The notes under the pieces were generated by a model, which worked only from the letters and a program-made list of their open reading frames with translations, searched no databases and was not told the origin of the DNA. From Nitrospinales bacterium (lineage in GTDB: Bacteria > Nitrospinota > Nitrospinia > Nitrospinales > VA-1), in NCBI GenBank assembly GCA_965205835.1, contig OZ242182.1:1935246-1999245 (forward strand): DNA of 64,000 nt, in the 5' to 3' direction. Positions 48,051 to 58,124 of the stretch are shown in pieces; the stretch's first letter is position 1, and the number at the start of each line of letters is the position of its first letter. A program made the translations under genes and the position numbers.

Positions 48051-49628
48051 ATGCGTTCCGTAAAAATTTATGACACTACCCTGAGAGACGGATCCCAGGC
48101 CGAAGGCATCTCCTTCACCGTCGAGGACAAAATCCGCATTGCCCACAAACTCGACGAGTTGGGAGCGCATTATGTCGAAGGCGGCTGGCCGGGATCAAAT
48201 CCGAGGGACATCGATTTTTTTGAAAAGGCGAACCGCGCCAAATTTTCTCAAACCCGGATCACGGCCTTCGGCAGTACCCGTTATCCGGGAAAAAAGGTGG
48301 AAGACGATGTTGTCCTGCAAGCTCTGCTGAAGACCGAGACCCAGGCGGTGACCCTGTTCGGAAAAGCCTGGGACCTGCACGTGAAAGATGCCTTGGGCAC
48401 CAGCCTCGACGAGAACCTGCGCATGATCTTTGAGAGCGTCGCTTATATGAAAAAGCACCGCGAGGAGGTTCTGTTTGATTGTGAACATTTTTTTGATGGT
48501 TACAAAAATAACCCGGACTACGCCCTCAAGGCGGTTAAAGAAGCTGAATCTGCCGGAGCCGACTGGATCATCCTGTGCGACACCAACGGTGGCACGCTAC
48601 CCCATGAGGTGCATTCAATTTTCGAAGAAGTTAAAAAATCCGTTTCCGTTAAAATGGGAATCCATGCTCACAACGATTCAGAAGTCGCGGTCGCTAATTC
48701 TCTCACCGCCGTTCAAGCCGGGGCCGAACAGGTACAGGGGACCATCAACGGTTATGGAGAGCGATGCGGCAACGCCAACCTGGTTTCCATCATCGCTAAC
48801 CTGAAAATCAAAATGGGCATCGACTGCGTCACCGATGAGCAAACGCGATCACTGAAAGACGCTTCCGCTTTTGTGGATGAACTGGCCAACCGCGCGCACT
48901 GGAACCAGCAACCGTTTGTGGGGAAAAGCGCGTTTGCCCATAAAGGCGGCGTGCATGTCAACGCAGTGCGCAAAAATGCGCTGACCTATGAACACATCGA
49001 ACCCGAAAAAGTGGGCAACCGCCAGCGCATCCTGGTTTCCGACCTTTCGGGAAAAAGTAATGTGCTCCACAAAGCCAGGGAATATGGCATCAACATTGAC
49101 GATAAAGATCCCAAGGTGGCAAAAATCCTGAACTCCCTTAAAGAATCCGAGAACCTCGGCTTCCAGTATGAAGGGGCCGAAGCTTCCTTTGAACTGATGA
49201 TGCGCGACGCCTTGAACCAAAAAGAAGTCTTTTTCGAGTTTATCGGCTTTCGTGCCATCGTTGAAAAACGCAAAGAAGATGAAGAGCCCATCTCTGAAGC
49301 CACGGTCAAGCTACGGGTCAACGGCGTGCAAGAGGTTTCAGCTGCCGAAGGTGCGGGTCCGGTCGATGCACTGGACAAGGCCATCAAGAAGGCTTTGGTA
49401 AAATTTTATCCGGAACTCGAGGATGTCAATCTCTACGACTACAAGGTTCGCATTCTGGATGAACAAAAAGGCACCCGTGCCAAAACCCGGGTACTGGTTG
49501 AATCCGGCGACCATCAGTCCAAATGGGGAACCGTTGGGGTCTCAGAAAATATCATCGAAGCCAGTTGGCAAGCGTTGATCGACAGCATTGACTACAAACT
49601 CAATCAGGGCAGTAGCCAGTTGCCCTAA
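48051..49628 (+). CDS. cimA: (R)-citramalate synthase
   Basis: 525-aa ORF starting [53 protein letters not shown], with HAHND and a C-terminal LeuA-dimer-like regulatory domain. It starts 2 nt after the lysC stop. Confidence 0.85.
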   Translation: MRSVKIYDTTLRDGSQAEGISFTVEDKIRIAHKLDELGAHYVEGGWPGSNPRDIDFFEKANRAKFSQTRITAFGSTRYPGKKVEDDVVLQALLKTETQAVTLFGKAWDLHVKDALGTSLDENLRMIFESVAYMKKHREEVLFDCEHFFDGYKNNPDYALKAVKEAESAGADWIILCDTNGGTLPHEVHSIFEEVKKSVSVKMGIHAHNDSEVAVANSLTAVQAGAEQVQGTINGYGERCGNANLVSIIANLKIKMGIDCVTDEQTRSLKDASAFVDELANRAHWNQQPFVGKSAFAHKGGVHVNAVRKNALTYEHIEPEKVGNRQRILVSDLSGKSNVLHKAREYGINIDDKDPKVAKILNSLKESENLGFQYEGAEASFELMMRDALNQKEVFFEFIGFRAIVEKRKEDEEPISEATVKLRVNGVQEVSAAEGAGPVDALDKAIKKALVKFYPELEDVNLYDYKVRILDEQKGTRAKTRVLVESGDHQSKWGTVGVSENIIEASWQALIDSIDYKLNQGSSQLP

Positions 49629-49850
49629 TCAAGAGACCCACTAACACCTTGATTCGTCATACAAAAATTATCTCATGCCAAATATTTACAACCCACGCTA
49701 TCGGAACATCCTCGCATCCCAAGTCCTCTTAATCTATTTCGAGCAAACTGAAACAGAATAGCCTTGGGCCATGCCCAGAGAGAACAGGCTCCACGCCTTC
49801 GGCAGTCACGCCAGCGTCACCGCCACATTGCCACCGGTGGCTCGCCAAGG

Positions 49851-52800
49851 TTAATGGGCACGGAGGAGGTTGCCGATGGTTTTGCTATAATGTTTGCGGA
49901 CCTGTCGCGTATGGCGGTCATAATCAGTGAACAAGCAGTTTGCCAGGGTTTCAGCGTCCTTCTCCTCGTATCCGAGTAGCCGGGCCACAGGCGCCAATTC
50001 CTTATTATCTTTGGGAAGCGTGTTGGTGGGAGTCTGTCGAATGATTCGCAGGGCGCATTCCAGGTTTCTTAGAAAAAGATAACTGTCCTGAAGCTCTTCG
50101 GCCATGCCCTGATGGACCAGCCCAAGATCGACAAGACTTTGCAGAGCTGAAAGGGTGTTGGTTTGTCGAAGACGCTCAAACTTTTTGCCGTGCTTCAACT
50201 GGAGAATCTGCACCGCAAACTCGATATCGGCCAGACCCCCAAAACCCAGCTTCACGTTTTTTCCTTTGGTGGCTTCCTTTGCCAGTTCCTGTTCCATTCT
50301 TTCTCTAAGGCGCGATACTTCTATGAGAGAAACATATTCAAACTTATCCTGGTAGACAAAGTTATGGACGGACTCAATAAACCTTTTCCCCACCTCAGCG
50401 TTGCCAGCCACAAATCGTGCCCGCACCAGGGCCTGTTGCTCCCAGATTCTGGCTCGAGATTGAAAATATTTTTCGTAGCCTTGGACAGAAAGAACCAGTG
50501 CTCCCGCATCTCCCTCTGGCCGGAGTTCGGTATCAATCTTATAGGCATAACCGGCCGGAGTCATCTCAGAGGTCAGTGTATAAATCATCTGCGACAGGGC
50601 TGAGTAATAACTCGCAAATCCTTCAGGCGGAGGATCGCTTTCACCTTCATCGTAGACCAGTAGCACATCGAGGTCCGATCCAAAATTCAATTCATGCCCT
50701 CCCAGCTTTCCCATGCCAATGATGCAAAAATCGCGAAAGTTGCCATGTCCGGTTTTTTTTTCGAGCTCGTCACAGGCGATTTGATAAACGGTTTCCAGGA
50801 AAACATTTGCGAGACTGGAAAGGTCTTCCAGAGTGCCGGAAAGGTCAGCTTCCTTGATCAGGTAGCGCGCCCCAATACGAAGTTCCTCGGCCTGCTTGAT
50901 ACGCCGAAGCACCACAGACCTGGACTTAAAGTTTGGAGAGCTCTTTAGTGCCCGGTTTAAATCTTCCTGTATTTTTTCCCCCAGCTTGAAACGGTAAACA
51001 CTATCCATGTCGGTCAGCACATCGACCAGATCAGGCCGCCTGATCAGGATTTGCGACAACATTCCACTGCTGCCAAAAAGTATGAGCACTAACTCAAGGA
51101 ATTTTTCATTTTCCTGGAACAAGCTGAGAAAAGACTCTCTGGCTCCGGTCGCTTCCACAAATCGGCACAGGTTCTCAATAGCAGCATCGGGGTTGGGAAC
51201 CTTTTCGCACTGCTGGAATATTTTAGGAATGATACTGTAAAACTCCTGGACACTGTGCGCGGAAGGATGCAAAAACCCAGCCCCGTCACGAAAAGCTTCG
51301 AGAAACCGGTATGTTCTTTTTGGGTTGGAAAGAAAGGGTATCTCCGCCAATTTGCTTTCAATAAACTGGTTCTCCCCTGCCATGGATCGATCCCATTTAC
51401 TGGACAGGGTTTCTGCCGCGTCCCGTTTTTCTTTTTTGACGAATTGTTCAGCGAACATTGCGCCCACGAACCGGGTATGATTTTCATATTCTTTCATCAG
51501 ATTATTGGCCAGACTTTTCTGGCTGTCTCCCGGGGTCCTCATTTTTCTGGCCAGTACAGCCAGGTCGGTTTCGTTATCCGGCAAAAGGCAGGTCTGCAAA
51601 CCGAAAGTGATTTGCACGCGATTTTCCAAATTGCGTAAAAAGATGTAGGCCTGACGAAGGCGATGATGGTCTTCTTTTGTAAGGATATTCTTTTCGCAAA
51701 GTATTTTCATGGCTCCGAGTGAATCGCGAACACGCAGGCTTTTATCCCTTCCACCCAACAGCAACTGATAAGCCTGAATGATAAATTCCACTTCTCGGAT
51801 GCCGCCAAATCCAAGTTTAATATTTCCCTTCGAGTGTTTTCCCTTGAGACTTTTATTGATCTGATGCTTCATGGACTTTATTTCTTCAATGGCTTCAAAG
51901 TCCAGGCTTCTTTGGTAAATAAACGACTCGATCATTTTAAAAAATTCCTTGCCCAGGTTCTCACTGCCCGCCGAAACACGGGCCTTGATGAGGGCCTGCC
52001 TTTCCCAGGTTTTTCCCCATGACTGGTAATAAATTTCGCAACTGGCCAGAGAGTTCACAATCTCACCACTATTACCTTCCGGTCGAAGTTCAAGGTCCAC
52101 TCGGAACACATTGCCATCTGAAGTTCTTTCGTTGAGATATTTGGAGATTTTCAACGCCAGCCTGGTGAAGTACTCATGATTGCTGACACTTGAAATGGGC
52201 TGATCATTCTCATTCGTCGGGCGCGTTTCTCCCTGACTGGATGTATAAATATAGATCAGGTCAATATCGGAACTGTAATTGAGTTCGCGGCCTCCCAGTT
52301 TTCCCATGCCTATGACAGTAAATTCTGATTCTTTCCAACTACCGTCTACACTCTGGTAAACAGGGCGGCCATATTTTTTTCGCAACTCCCGTTCGGCATG
52401 CTCATAGGCGGCTTGCAGGCAAACATCAGCGAGGTTGGAAATATCCTCAACCGTTTCCTGGAAACTGACTTTCCCCAACAGGTCCCGCAATCCAATTCGT
52501 ATGTATTCCCTTTTTTTAAATTTTCTCAGAGCAGAAAAAAGGCTTTTACCTTGAGACTCTTTCCCCGCCATTTCATAAAAATCCCGCATCAGTACGTCTT
52601 TTGATTTGGATTTGGTCAGAGTCTCTGGTCGGCTTAACCAGTTTATGTGCGACGGCTCCTTGAGCAGAACATCAGTGAGTACCTGACTGCCGGAAAACAA
52701 AAATACCAAGGCCGCAAACAGGGAAGGCGATTCGGTCAGTTGCGTGTATAAATAATCCTTATCCGAAATTTTTTCCGAAAAACGCTCGAAGTTGTGCAGA

Positions 52801-53018
52801 GCCATATCCCCGTTATGCGAACTAGAAATCAGTTCCAGCAAAACTTTGAAAAAATCCGGGTATAGTTTTTCAAATTGGGCATGGCTGGCCAAGCCAACGA
52901 GGTCTTTCCATGCGGTTTCAGGATCACGAAGACCAAAACCCTGTAAAGGTTTGGACAGGGTTGCGTCCCAAGGCTGACGTTGGTGAATTCGCTGGATCAT
53001 TTCTACAGAAAAAGTCAT
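49851..53018 (-). CDS. glnE: bifunctional glutamine synthetase adenylyltransferase/adenylyl-removing enzyme
   Basis: 1055-aa ORF with two nucleotidyltransferase modules (GMGKLGGRELNYSSDIDL and GMGKLGGHELNFGSDLDV). Confidence 0.92.
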   Translation of the reverse strand: MTFSVEMIQRIHQRQPWDATLSKPLQGFGLRDPETAWKDLVGLASHAQFEKLYPDFFKVLLELISSSHNGDMALHNFERFSEKISDKDYLYTQLTESPSLFAALVFLFSGSQVLTDVLLKEPSHINWLSRPETLTKSKSKDVLMRDFYEMAGKESQGKSLFSALRKFKKREYIRIGLRDLLGKVSFQETVEDISNLADVCLQAAYEHAERELRKKYGRPVYQSVDGSWKESEFTVIGMGKLGGRELNYSSDIDLIYIYTSSQGETRPTNENDQPISSVSNHEYFTRLALKISKYLNERTSDGNVFRVDLELRPEGNSGEIVNSLASCEIYYQSWGKTWERQALIKARVSAGSENLGKEFFKMIESFIYQRSLDFEAIEEIKSMKHQINKSLKGKHSKGNIKLGFGGIREVEFIIQAYQLLLGGRDKSLRVRDSLGAMKILCEKNILTKEDHHRLRQAYIFLRNLENRVQITFGLQTCLLPDNETDLAVLARKMRTPGDSQKSLANNLMKEYENHTRFVGAMFAEQFVKKEKRDAAETLSSKWDRSMAGENQFIESKLAEIPFLSNPKRTYRFLEAFRDGAGFLHPSAHSVQEFYSIIPKIFQQCEKVPNPDAAIENLCRFVEATGARESFLSLFQENEKFLELVLILFGSSGMLSQILIRRPDLVDVLTDMDSVYRFKLGEKIQEDLNRALKSSPNFKSRSVVLRRIKQAEELRIGARYLIKEADLSGTLEDLSSLANVFLETVYQIACDELEKKTGHGNFRDFCIIGMGKLGGHELNFGSDLDVLLVYDEGESDPPPEGFASYYSALSQMIYTLTSEMTPAGYAYKIDTELRPEGDAGALVLSVQGYEKYFQSRARIWEQQALVRARFVAGNAEVGKRFIESVHNFVYQDKFEYVSLIEVSRLRERMEQELAKEATKGKNVKLGFGGLADIEFAVQILQLKHGKKFERLRQTNTLSALQSLVDLGLVHQGMAEELQDSYLFLRNLECALRIIRQTPTNTLPKDNKELAPVARLLGYEEKDAETLANCLFTDYDRHTRQVRKHYSKTIGNLLRAH

Positions 53019-53076
53019 GTGAGCTTTCTCATAGCAATCGGGATTTTAACCTCAATATCGGCGTAATTTAGTATAT

Positions 53077-53111
53077 AAAAAAACCCCATGGGTTTTCTCC
53101 CATGGGGTTTT
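53077..53111 (-). terminator. intrinsic terminator downstream of glnA
   Basis: Perfect 12-bp stem AAACCCCATGGG / CCCATGGGGTTT (53081-53092 and 53099-53110) with loop TTTTCT. It is flanked by an A-run on the plus strand, which is a U-run on the glnA transcript. Confidence 0.85.
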
Positions 53112-53133
53112 CAAGTTCAAGGTTTTCTCTGGA

Positions 53134-54546
53134 TCAGCAATCGTAATACATCTGAAACTCCAGAGGGTGTGGTCGTAAACGCAAAGGATCAACTTCATTT
53201 TCACGTTTATATTCGATCCAGGTTTCCACCAAATCCTGAGTGAACACATCGCCCTTAAGGAGGAATTCATGATCATTCTCCAGAGCTTGAAGTGCCTGAT
53301 CCAGAGAGTGCGGCAAGGTAGGAATACTCGCCAACTCTTCCGGCCCCAGGGAGTAAATGTTTTTATCCAGCGGCTCACCGGGGTCAATTTTATTTTCAAT
53401 GCCATCCAGGCCTGCCATGAGCATGGCCGCGAAAGCCAGATACCCATTACAGGAAGGGTCGGGATAGCGGATTTCCAATCGCTTGGCTTTCGGACTCGGT
53501 GAGTACATGGGGATACGGATGGCTGCACTCCGGTTCCGGCTGGAATAAGCCAGGTTGACTGGAGCCTCAAAACCAGGAACCAACCGTTTGTAGGAGTTGG
53601 TGGTTGGTGCGGCAAAAGCACAAATTGTACGGGAATGTTTCAAAATACCGCCGATATAGTGCATGCCCAATTCGCTGAAACCCGCATAACTGTTTCCGGC
53701 CATCAAAGATTTGCCATCCTTCCAGATACTCTGATGAACATGCATTCCAGTTCCGTTATCGCCATACATGGGTTTGGGCATGAAGGTTGCGGTCTTACCA
53801 TGCGCTCGGGCAACGTTTTTAACAATGTATTTATACCACATCAGGTTATCAGCACAATTAACCAGCGGAGCAAAACGCATATCGATTTCACACTGACCAC
53901 CCGTTGCCACTTCGTGATGGTGACACTCCATATTGATGCCGACCTTCTCCATGAGCAACATCATTTCAGAGCGGATATCCTGAAGCGTGTCGCTAGGAGC
54001 AACCGGGAAATAGCCTTCCTTATGTCTTGGCTTGTGACCCAGGTTAGGCTCTTCATCCCTACCCGTATTCCAGGCTGCTTCGGAAGAATCAATCGAATAA
54101 AACGACTCATTATTGTTGGAGTCGTATTGAATATTATCAAAAATAAAAAATTCCGCTTCCGGTCCAAAGTAGGCAGTATCACCAATTCCGGTGGACTTAA
54201 GATAGGTTTCTGCTTTCTGAGCGATATTCCGAGGATCACGGCTGTATTTTTCTTTGGTGATCGGGTCTACAATATTACAAATAATACTGGCCGTCGCGTC
54301 TTTCATAAACGGATCCATGACCGTAGTAGCTGGATCGGGAATGACCAACATATCGCTATTATTAATAGCCTGCCATCCGCGGATGCTCGAGCCATCGAAC
54401 CCCAGGCCTTCTTCAAACAAGGCTTCTTCCAATTCACTCACAGGCACAGAAAAATGCTGCCAGGACCCGAGCAGATCCATAAACTTCATATCTATAATTC
54501 GAGCATCATTCTTTTTTGCGAAATCTACCGCCTCTTTGGGGGTCAT
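53134..54546 (-). CDS. glnA: glutamine synthetase, type I
   Basis: 470-aa ORF with FDGSSIRGW and [18 protein letters not shown], and NLYSLP-like [10 protein letters not shown] around the adenylylation Tyr. Confidence 0.95.
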   Translation of the reverse strand: MTPKEAVDFAKKNDARIIDMKFMDLLGSWQHFSVPVSELEEALFEEGLGFDGSSIRGWQAINNSDMLVIPDPATTVMDPFMKDATASIICNIVDPITKEKYSRDPRNIAQKAETYLKSTGIGDTAYFGPEAEFFIFDNIQYDSNNNESFYSIDSSEAAWNTGRDEEPNLGHKPRHKEGYFPVAPSDTLQDIRSEMMLLMEKVGINMECHHHEVATGGQCEIDMRFAPLVNCADNLMWYKYIVKNVARAHGKTATFMPKPMYGDNGTGMHVHQSIWKDGKSLMAGNSYAGFSELGMHYIGGILKHSRTICAFAAPTTNSYKRLVPGFEAPVNLAYSSRNRSAAIRIPMYSPSPKAKRLEIRYPDPSCNGYLAFAAMLMAGLDGIENKIDPGEPLDKNIYSLGPEELASIPTLPHSLDQALQALENDHEFLLKGDVFTQDLVETWIEYKRENEVDPLRLRPHPLEFQMYYDC

Positions 54547-54717
54547 TAAAGTATCTCCTGCAAAAAATAGTTAAAGATTATAAACATTAAAAAAACGCAA
54601 AAAAACGGGTACCGTCCATCCGGTGTCCGTTTTATATATAAATTCCAACAATCCCCGACAGGGAAATTTATGATAATTCTATTTAGAAAAAAGACGGTTA
54701 TTCAAAGAATCCACAGA

Positions 54718-55074
<357 letters not shown>

Positions 55075-55573
55075 TCAAAAAAGATCCGGGCTGGTGAACG
55101 ATTCTCTTCATGGCCAGAACCCTTGCCAAGCCACAACGACTTTTTTCGTACCCCTCCAACCGGTTACTTGAACTTAGTTCAATATTCATGCCAATAAGGA
55201 TTGCTAAATCCCTATGACAAACCCTGCTAAAAATCCATAAATTTAAAGGGGTTTACGGTATCGGCGAACTATACCACAATCAATGGGCAAATTCAAACGC
55301 GGATAGATGCCCCAATTTCAGGCAATTGTGGGTCGGAAATGTCTAATTTTAAAGCGTTTTTTAGCTCTCTTGTAGTGTCCCCTCCCTTTTCCAAATAACC
55401 CGATAGATGCAGGTTGTTCGGCCAACACATTTAGCCTTTGACTGTATCAGGCGAATATAGTCTAATTCTTCCCATTATAAATAATGTCATTAGAGAGAGG
55501 GGGATACGCATGCTTTGTCTCTGTGTTCATCGGTGTCTGTGGTTAAAATTTTCGATTCCTAGCGGAGGAAGAA

Positions 55574-57982
55574 GTGGCAAAGGCTAAAAAACCGATTGAA
55601 CAATACGAACACAAAGGTAAGAAGCGCAGGAACAACCCGCCTGTAGGTCTTGTCACTCCCACCAGCGACAAGGAATCCAAAAAGAAGAAATATGCCTACG
55701 ACCCGCACATTGAACCCAGTTTGCAGTGGGCAGGGAAATCTGAGCATACCAGCTTTGAAGTTCCCACTGTCTCCCTGCATGTCCATGAACGTATTGACCC
55801 GAAGACGATCATGGAGGCGGTTAAAAAACGCAATGGTAACGACCATAAGCAGGTAGGGCTTTTTGCATCGCCAGAAGAAAACCCGCCGTTGAGGGAGGCA
55901 GTGGATTTTTACTCGCACACTCACGGCTGGAGCAATCGGCTGGTAGCAGGCGATAGCCTGCTGGTCATGAACTCCCTGCTGGAAAAAGAAAGCATGGCGG
56001 GAAAGGTGCAAATGGTTTATATAGACCCACCCTACGGCATCAAATACGGCTCCAATTTCCAGCCTTTCGTCAACAAACGCGATGTCAAGGATGGCAAAGA
56101 TGAGGATTTAACCGCCGAGCCGGAAACGATCAAAGCCTTTCGCGACACCTGGGAGCTGGGCATTCACTCTTACCTGACCTATATGCGCGACCGCTTGCTA
56201 CTGGCACGAGAATTGTTGAGCGAGAGCGGTAGTGTGTTTGTGCAGATTTCGGATGAGAATGTGCATCATATTCGGGAGATTATGGATGAGGTTTTTGGGA
56301 CGGAAAATTTTATCAGAGCAATCTCATTTGTCAAAACAGGAAGCATGGTTTCAAACGTATTGGGGAGGACAAGCGATTATTTAATCTGGTACACAAGAGA
56401 TAAAAATAATACTCGATATAGACAACTATTCTTGGAAAAATTTCCCGATGATTTTTATAGCAATGTTGAACTATCTAATGGCACTATTCGAAAAATAACA
56501 AAGGCAGAGAAATTAGATATGTCTCTCCTACCCAGAGGGGCAAAGGTCTTTCAGCTTGTTAGCCTTGAAAGTGCTGGGCCTGCTAATCAAGATACGCCGT
56601 TAGAGTTTGAGGGTGAAATTTTTCGCCCAAATAGAAATAGGCACTGGTCCTTGGCTTTTCCGGACGGTATGGAGACACTGAAGCGAACAGGGAGAATGGT
56701 AAAAGATGGTGATAAACTACGCTGGAAATACTATATCGACGATTATCCGATCAAGGTACTATCGGAAATTTGGAATGACACAGCAGGCTTTAGCCCAGAT
56801 CAAAAATATGTTGTAGAAACACGCACAAAAGTCATCCAACGCTGTATGCTGATGACCACCGACCCTGGCGACCTGGTGTTTGACCCGACCTGCGGTAGCG
56901 GCACCACCGCCTTTGCCGCCGAGCAATGGGGGCGAAGGTGGATCACCTGTGATACCTCTCGGGTAGCATTAACCCTGGCCAAACAGCGGCTGACGACCGC
57001 AACCTTTGACTACTACAAACTCGCCCATCCTGATGAAGGTGTCGGCAGTGGTTTTGAATATAAAACCGTGCCCCACATTACCTTGAAATCTATTGCCAAC
57101 AAAGAACCGCTCGCTACTGAAACCCTTTACGATCAACCCTTCAGAGACAGCAAAAAGAAACGGGTGAGCGGTCCCTTCACCGTGGAAGCGGTACCCGCCC
57201 CGGCAGTGAAATCGCTGGATGATATGCTGCCAGATACCCCACCGCCTGCTGATGTCTCCATCGTCCGCTCGGGCGAAACTCTGCGCCAAAGTGAATGGCG
57301 CGATGAACTATTACAGGCCGGCGTGCGTGGCAAAAATGGCCAGATGATTTTGTTTTCTCGTGTTGAACCGCTTTCCGCAACCCGTTGGCTCCATGCCGAT
57401 GCCGAAACCGGACCCAACGATAAAGGTGGGGACACAGTTAAGGAAGAAGATGTGATTTATGGGAATCCTGAGCGGGTAGTCATTTCATTTGGCCCTGAAC
57501 ACGCCCCTCTGGAACAAAAACAGGTCGAACTGGCATGGCAGGAAGCACGGACTTTAATTCCCAAACCAGGTATCATCATCTTCGCGTCCTTCCAGTTTGA
57601 TCCGGAGGCGGCGAAAGATATTGATAAATTGACCATGGATAAAACTGGAATGACATTCCTTAAGGCGCAAATGAACACTGACCTTTTGACAGACGATTTA
57701 AAGAAGAAACGGGCAAGTAATCAATCCTTTTGGTTGATCGGGCAACCTGATATAGAACTCCGTGCCATAGACAAGGGAGAGCATAAAGGAAAACTAGAGG
57801 TGGAAGTGCATGGGTTTGATTATTACAACACCAGGACCGGAGCCATCGAGTCCGGCAACACCGCAAAGATCGCCCTTTGGATGCTGGATACCGATTATGA
57901 CGGGCGGAGCCTATATCCACGGCAGGTGTTTCTCCCGATGTCGGGGGGGGGGGCGGCTGGTCCCGATTGGCGAAAAACCTGA
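55574..57982 (+). CDS. mod: type III-like N6/N4 DNA methyltransferase (Mod), C-terminally truncated at a poly-G tract (locus 2)
   Basis: GTG start, with GGAGG whose 3' end lies 6 nt upstream of the GTG. Motif IV VYIDPPYGIKYG precedes motif I VFDPTCGSGTTAFAAEQWGRRWI (beta-class order). The ORF ends 26 nt after the G11 tract. The conserved tail ...GWSRLAKNLKAEIDEELIEAYRGTVSLPFETGKHKQVAVKIVDDRGIESLRILEVGE is encoded out of frame at 57955-58128. Confidence 0.85.
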   Translation: MAKAKKPIEQYEHKGKKRRNNPPVGLVTPTSDKESKKKKYAYDPHIEPSLQWAGKSEHTSFEVPTVSLHVHERIDPKTIMEAVKKRNGNDHKQVGLFASPEENPPLREAVDFYSHTHGWSNRLVAGDSLLVMNSLLEKESMAGKVQMVYIDPPYGIKYGSNFQPFVNKRDVKDGKDEDLTAEPETIKAFRDTWELGIHSYLTYMRDRLLLARELLSESGSVFVQISDENVHHIREIMDEVFGTENFIRAISFVKTGSMVSNVLGRTSDYLIWYTRDKNNTRYRQLFLEKFPDDFYSNVELSNGTIRKITKAEKLDMSLLPRGAKVFQLVSLESAGPANQDTPLEFEGEIFRPNRNRHWSLAFPDGMETLKRTGRMVKDGDKLRWKYYIDDYPIKVLSEIWNDTAGFSPDQKYVVETRTKVIQRCMLMTTDPGDLVFDPTCGSGTTAFAAEQWGRRWITCDTSRVALTLAKQRLTTATFDYYKLAHPDEGVGSGFEYKTVPHITLKSIANKEPLATETLYDQPFRDSKKKRVSGPFTVEAVPAPAVKSLDDMLPDTPPPADVSIVRSGETLRQSEWRDELLQAGVRGKNGQMILFSRVEPLSATRWLHADAETGPNDKGGDTVKEEDVIYGNPERVVISFGPEHAPLEQKQVELAWQEARTLIPKPGIIIFASFQFDPEAAKDIDKLTMDKTGMTFLKAQMNTDLLTDDLKKKRASNQSFWLIGQPDIELRAIDKGEHKGKLEVEVHGFDYYNTRTGAIESGNTAKIALWMLDTDYDGRSLYPRQVFLPMSGGGAAGPDWRKT
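57943..57953 (+). repeat. G11 homopolymer (candidate contingency/phase-variation tract) inside mod
   Basis: Counted directly: tc-GGGGGGGGGGG-cggctgg. G12 (or G9) joins the upstream frame to the 58-codon downstream frame ending at 58128. Confidence 0.9.
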
Positions 57983-58124
57983 AAGCCGAGATCGACGAGG
58001 AGTTGATAGAAGCCTATCGGGGAACTGTATCCTTGCCTTTTGAAACCGGCAAACACAAACAGGTAGCAGTTAAAATAGTGGACGACCGTGGAATTGAAAG
58101 TTTGCGGATTTTGGAGGTGGGTGA

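Noticed and set aside
53635-54549. Long antisense ORFs inside well-supported genes. Examples: 53635..54549(+) 304 aa opposite glnA, 18604..19278(-) opposite tig, 22389..23009(-) opposite lon, 25251..25832(+) opposite the TonB receptor, and 37281..37919(+) and 41675..42313(+) opposite res/mod.
   Set aside because: In each case the opposite strand encodes a protein with clear family motifs. The antisense products are low-complexity or unrecognisable, as expected for shadow ORFs.
54596-54640. Terminator or attenuator between glnB and glnA (ACGG...CCGT followed by T-runs on the minus strand)
   Set aside because: On the transcribed (minus) strand the stem is only 4+4 bp with internal mismatches. 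The better pairing exists only on the non-transcribed strand via G-T wobbles.
55179-55195. Sigma-54-like promoter upstream of glnB (TTGGCATGAATATTGAA on the minus strand)
   Set aside because: The GG of the -24 element is present, but the -12 position reads GA instead of the critical GC. No enhancer-binding sites were identified. This is too weak to call.
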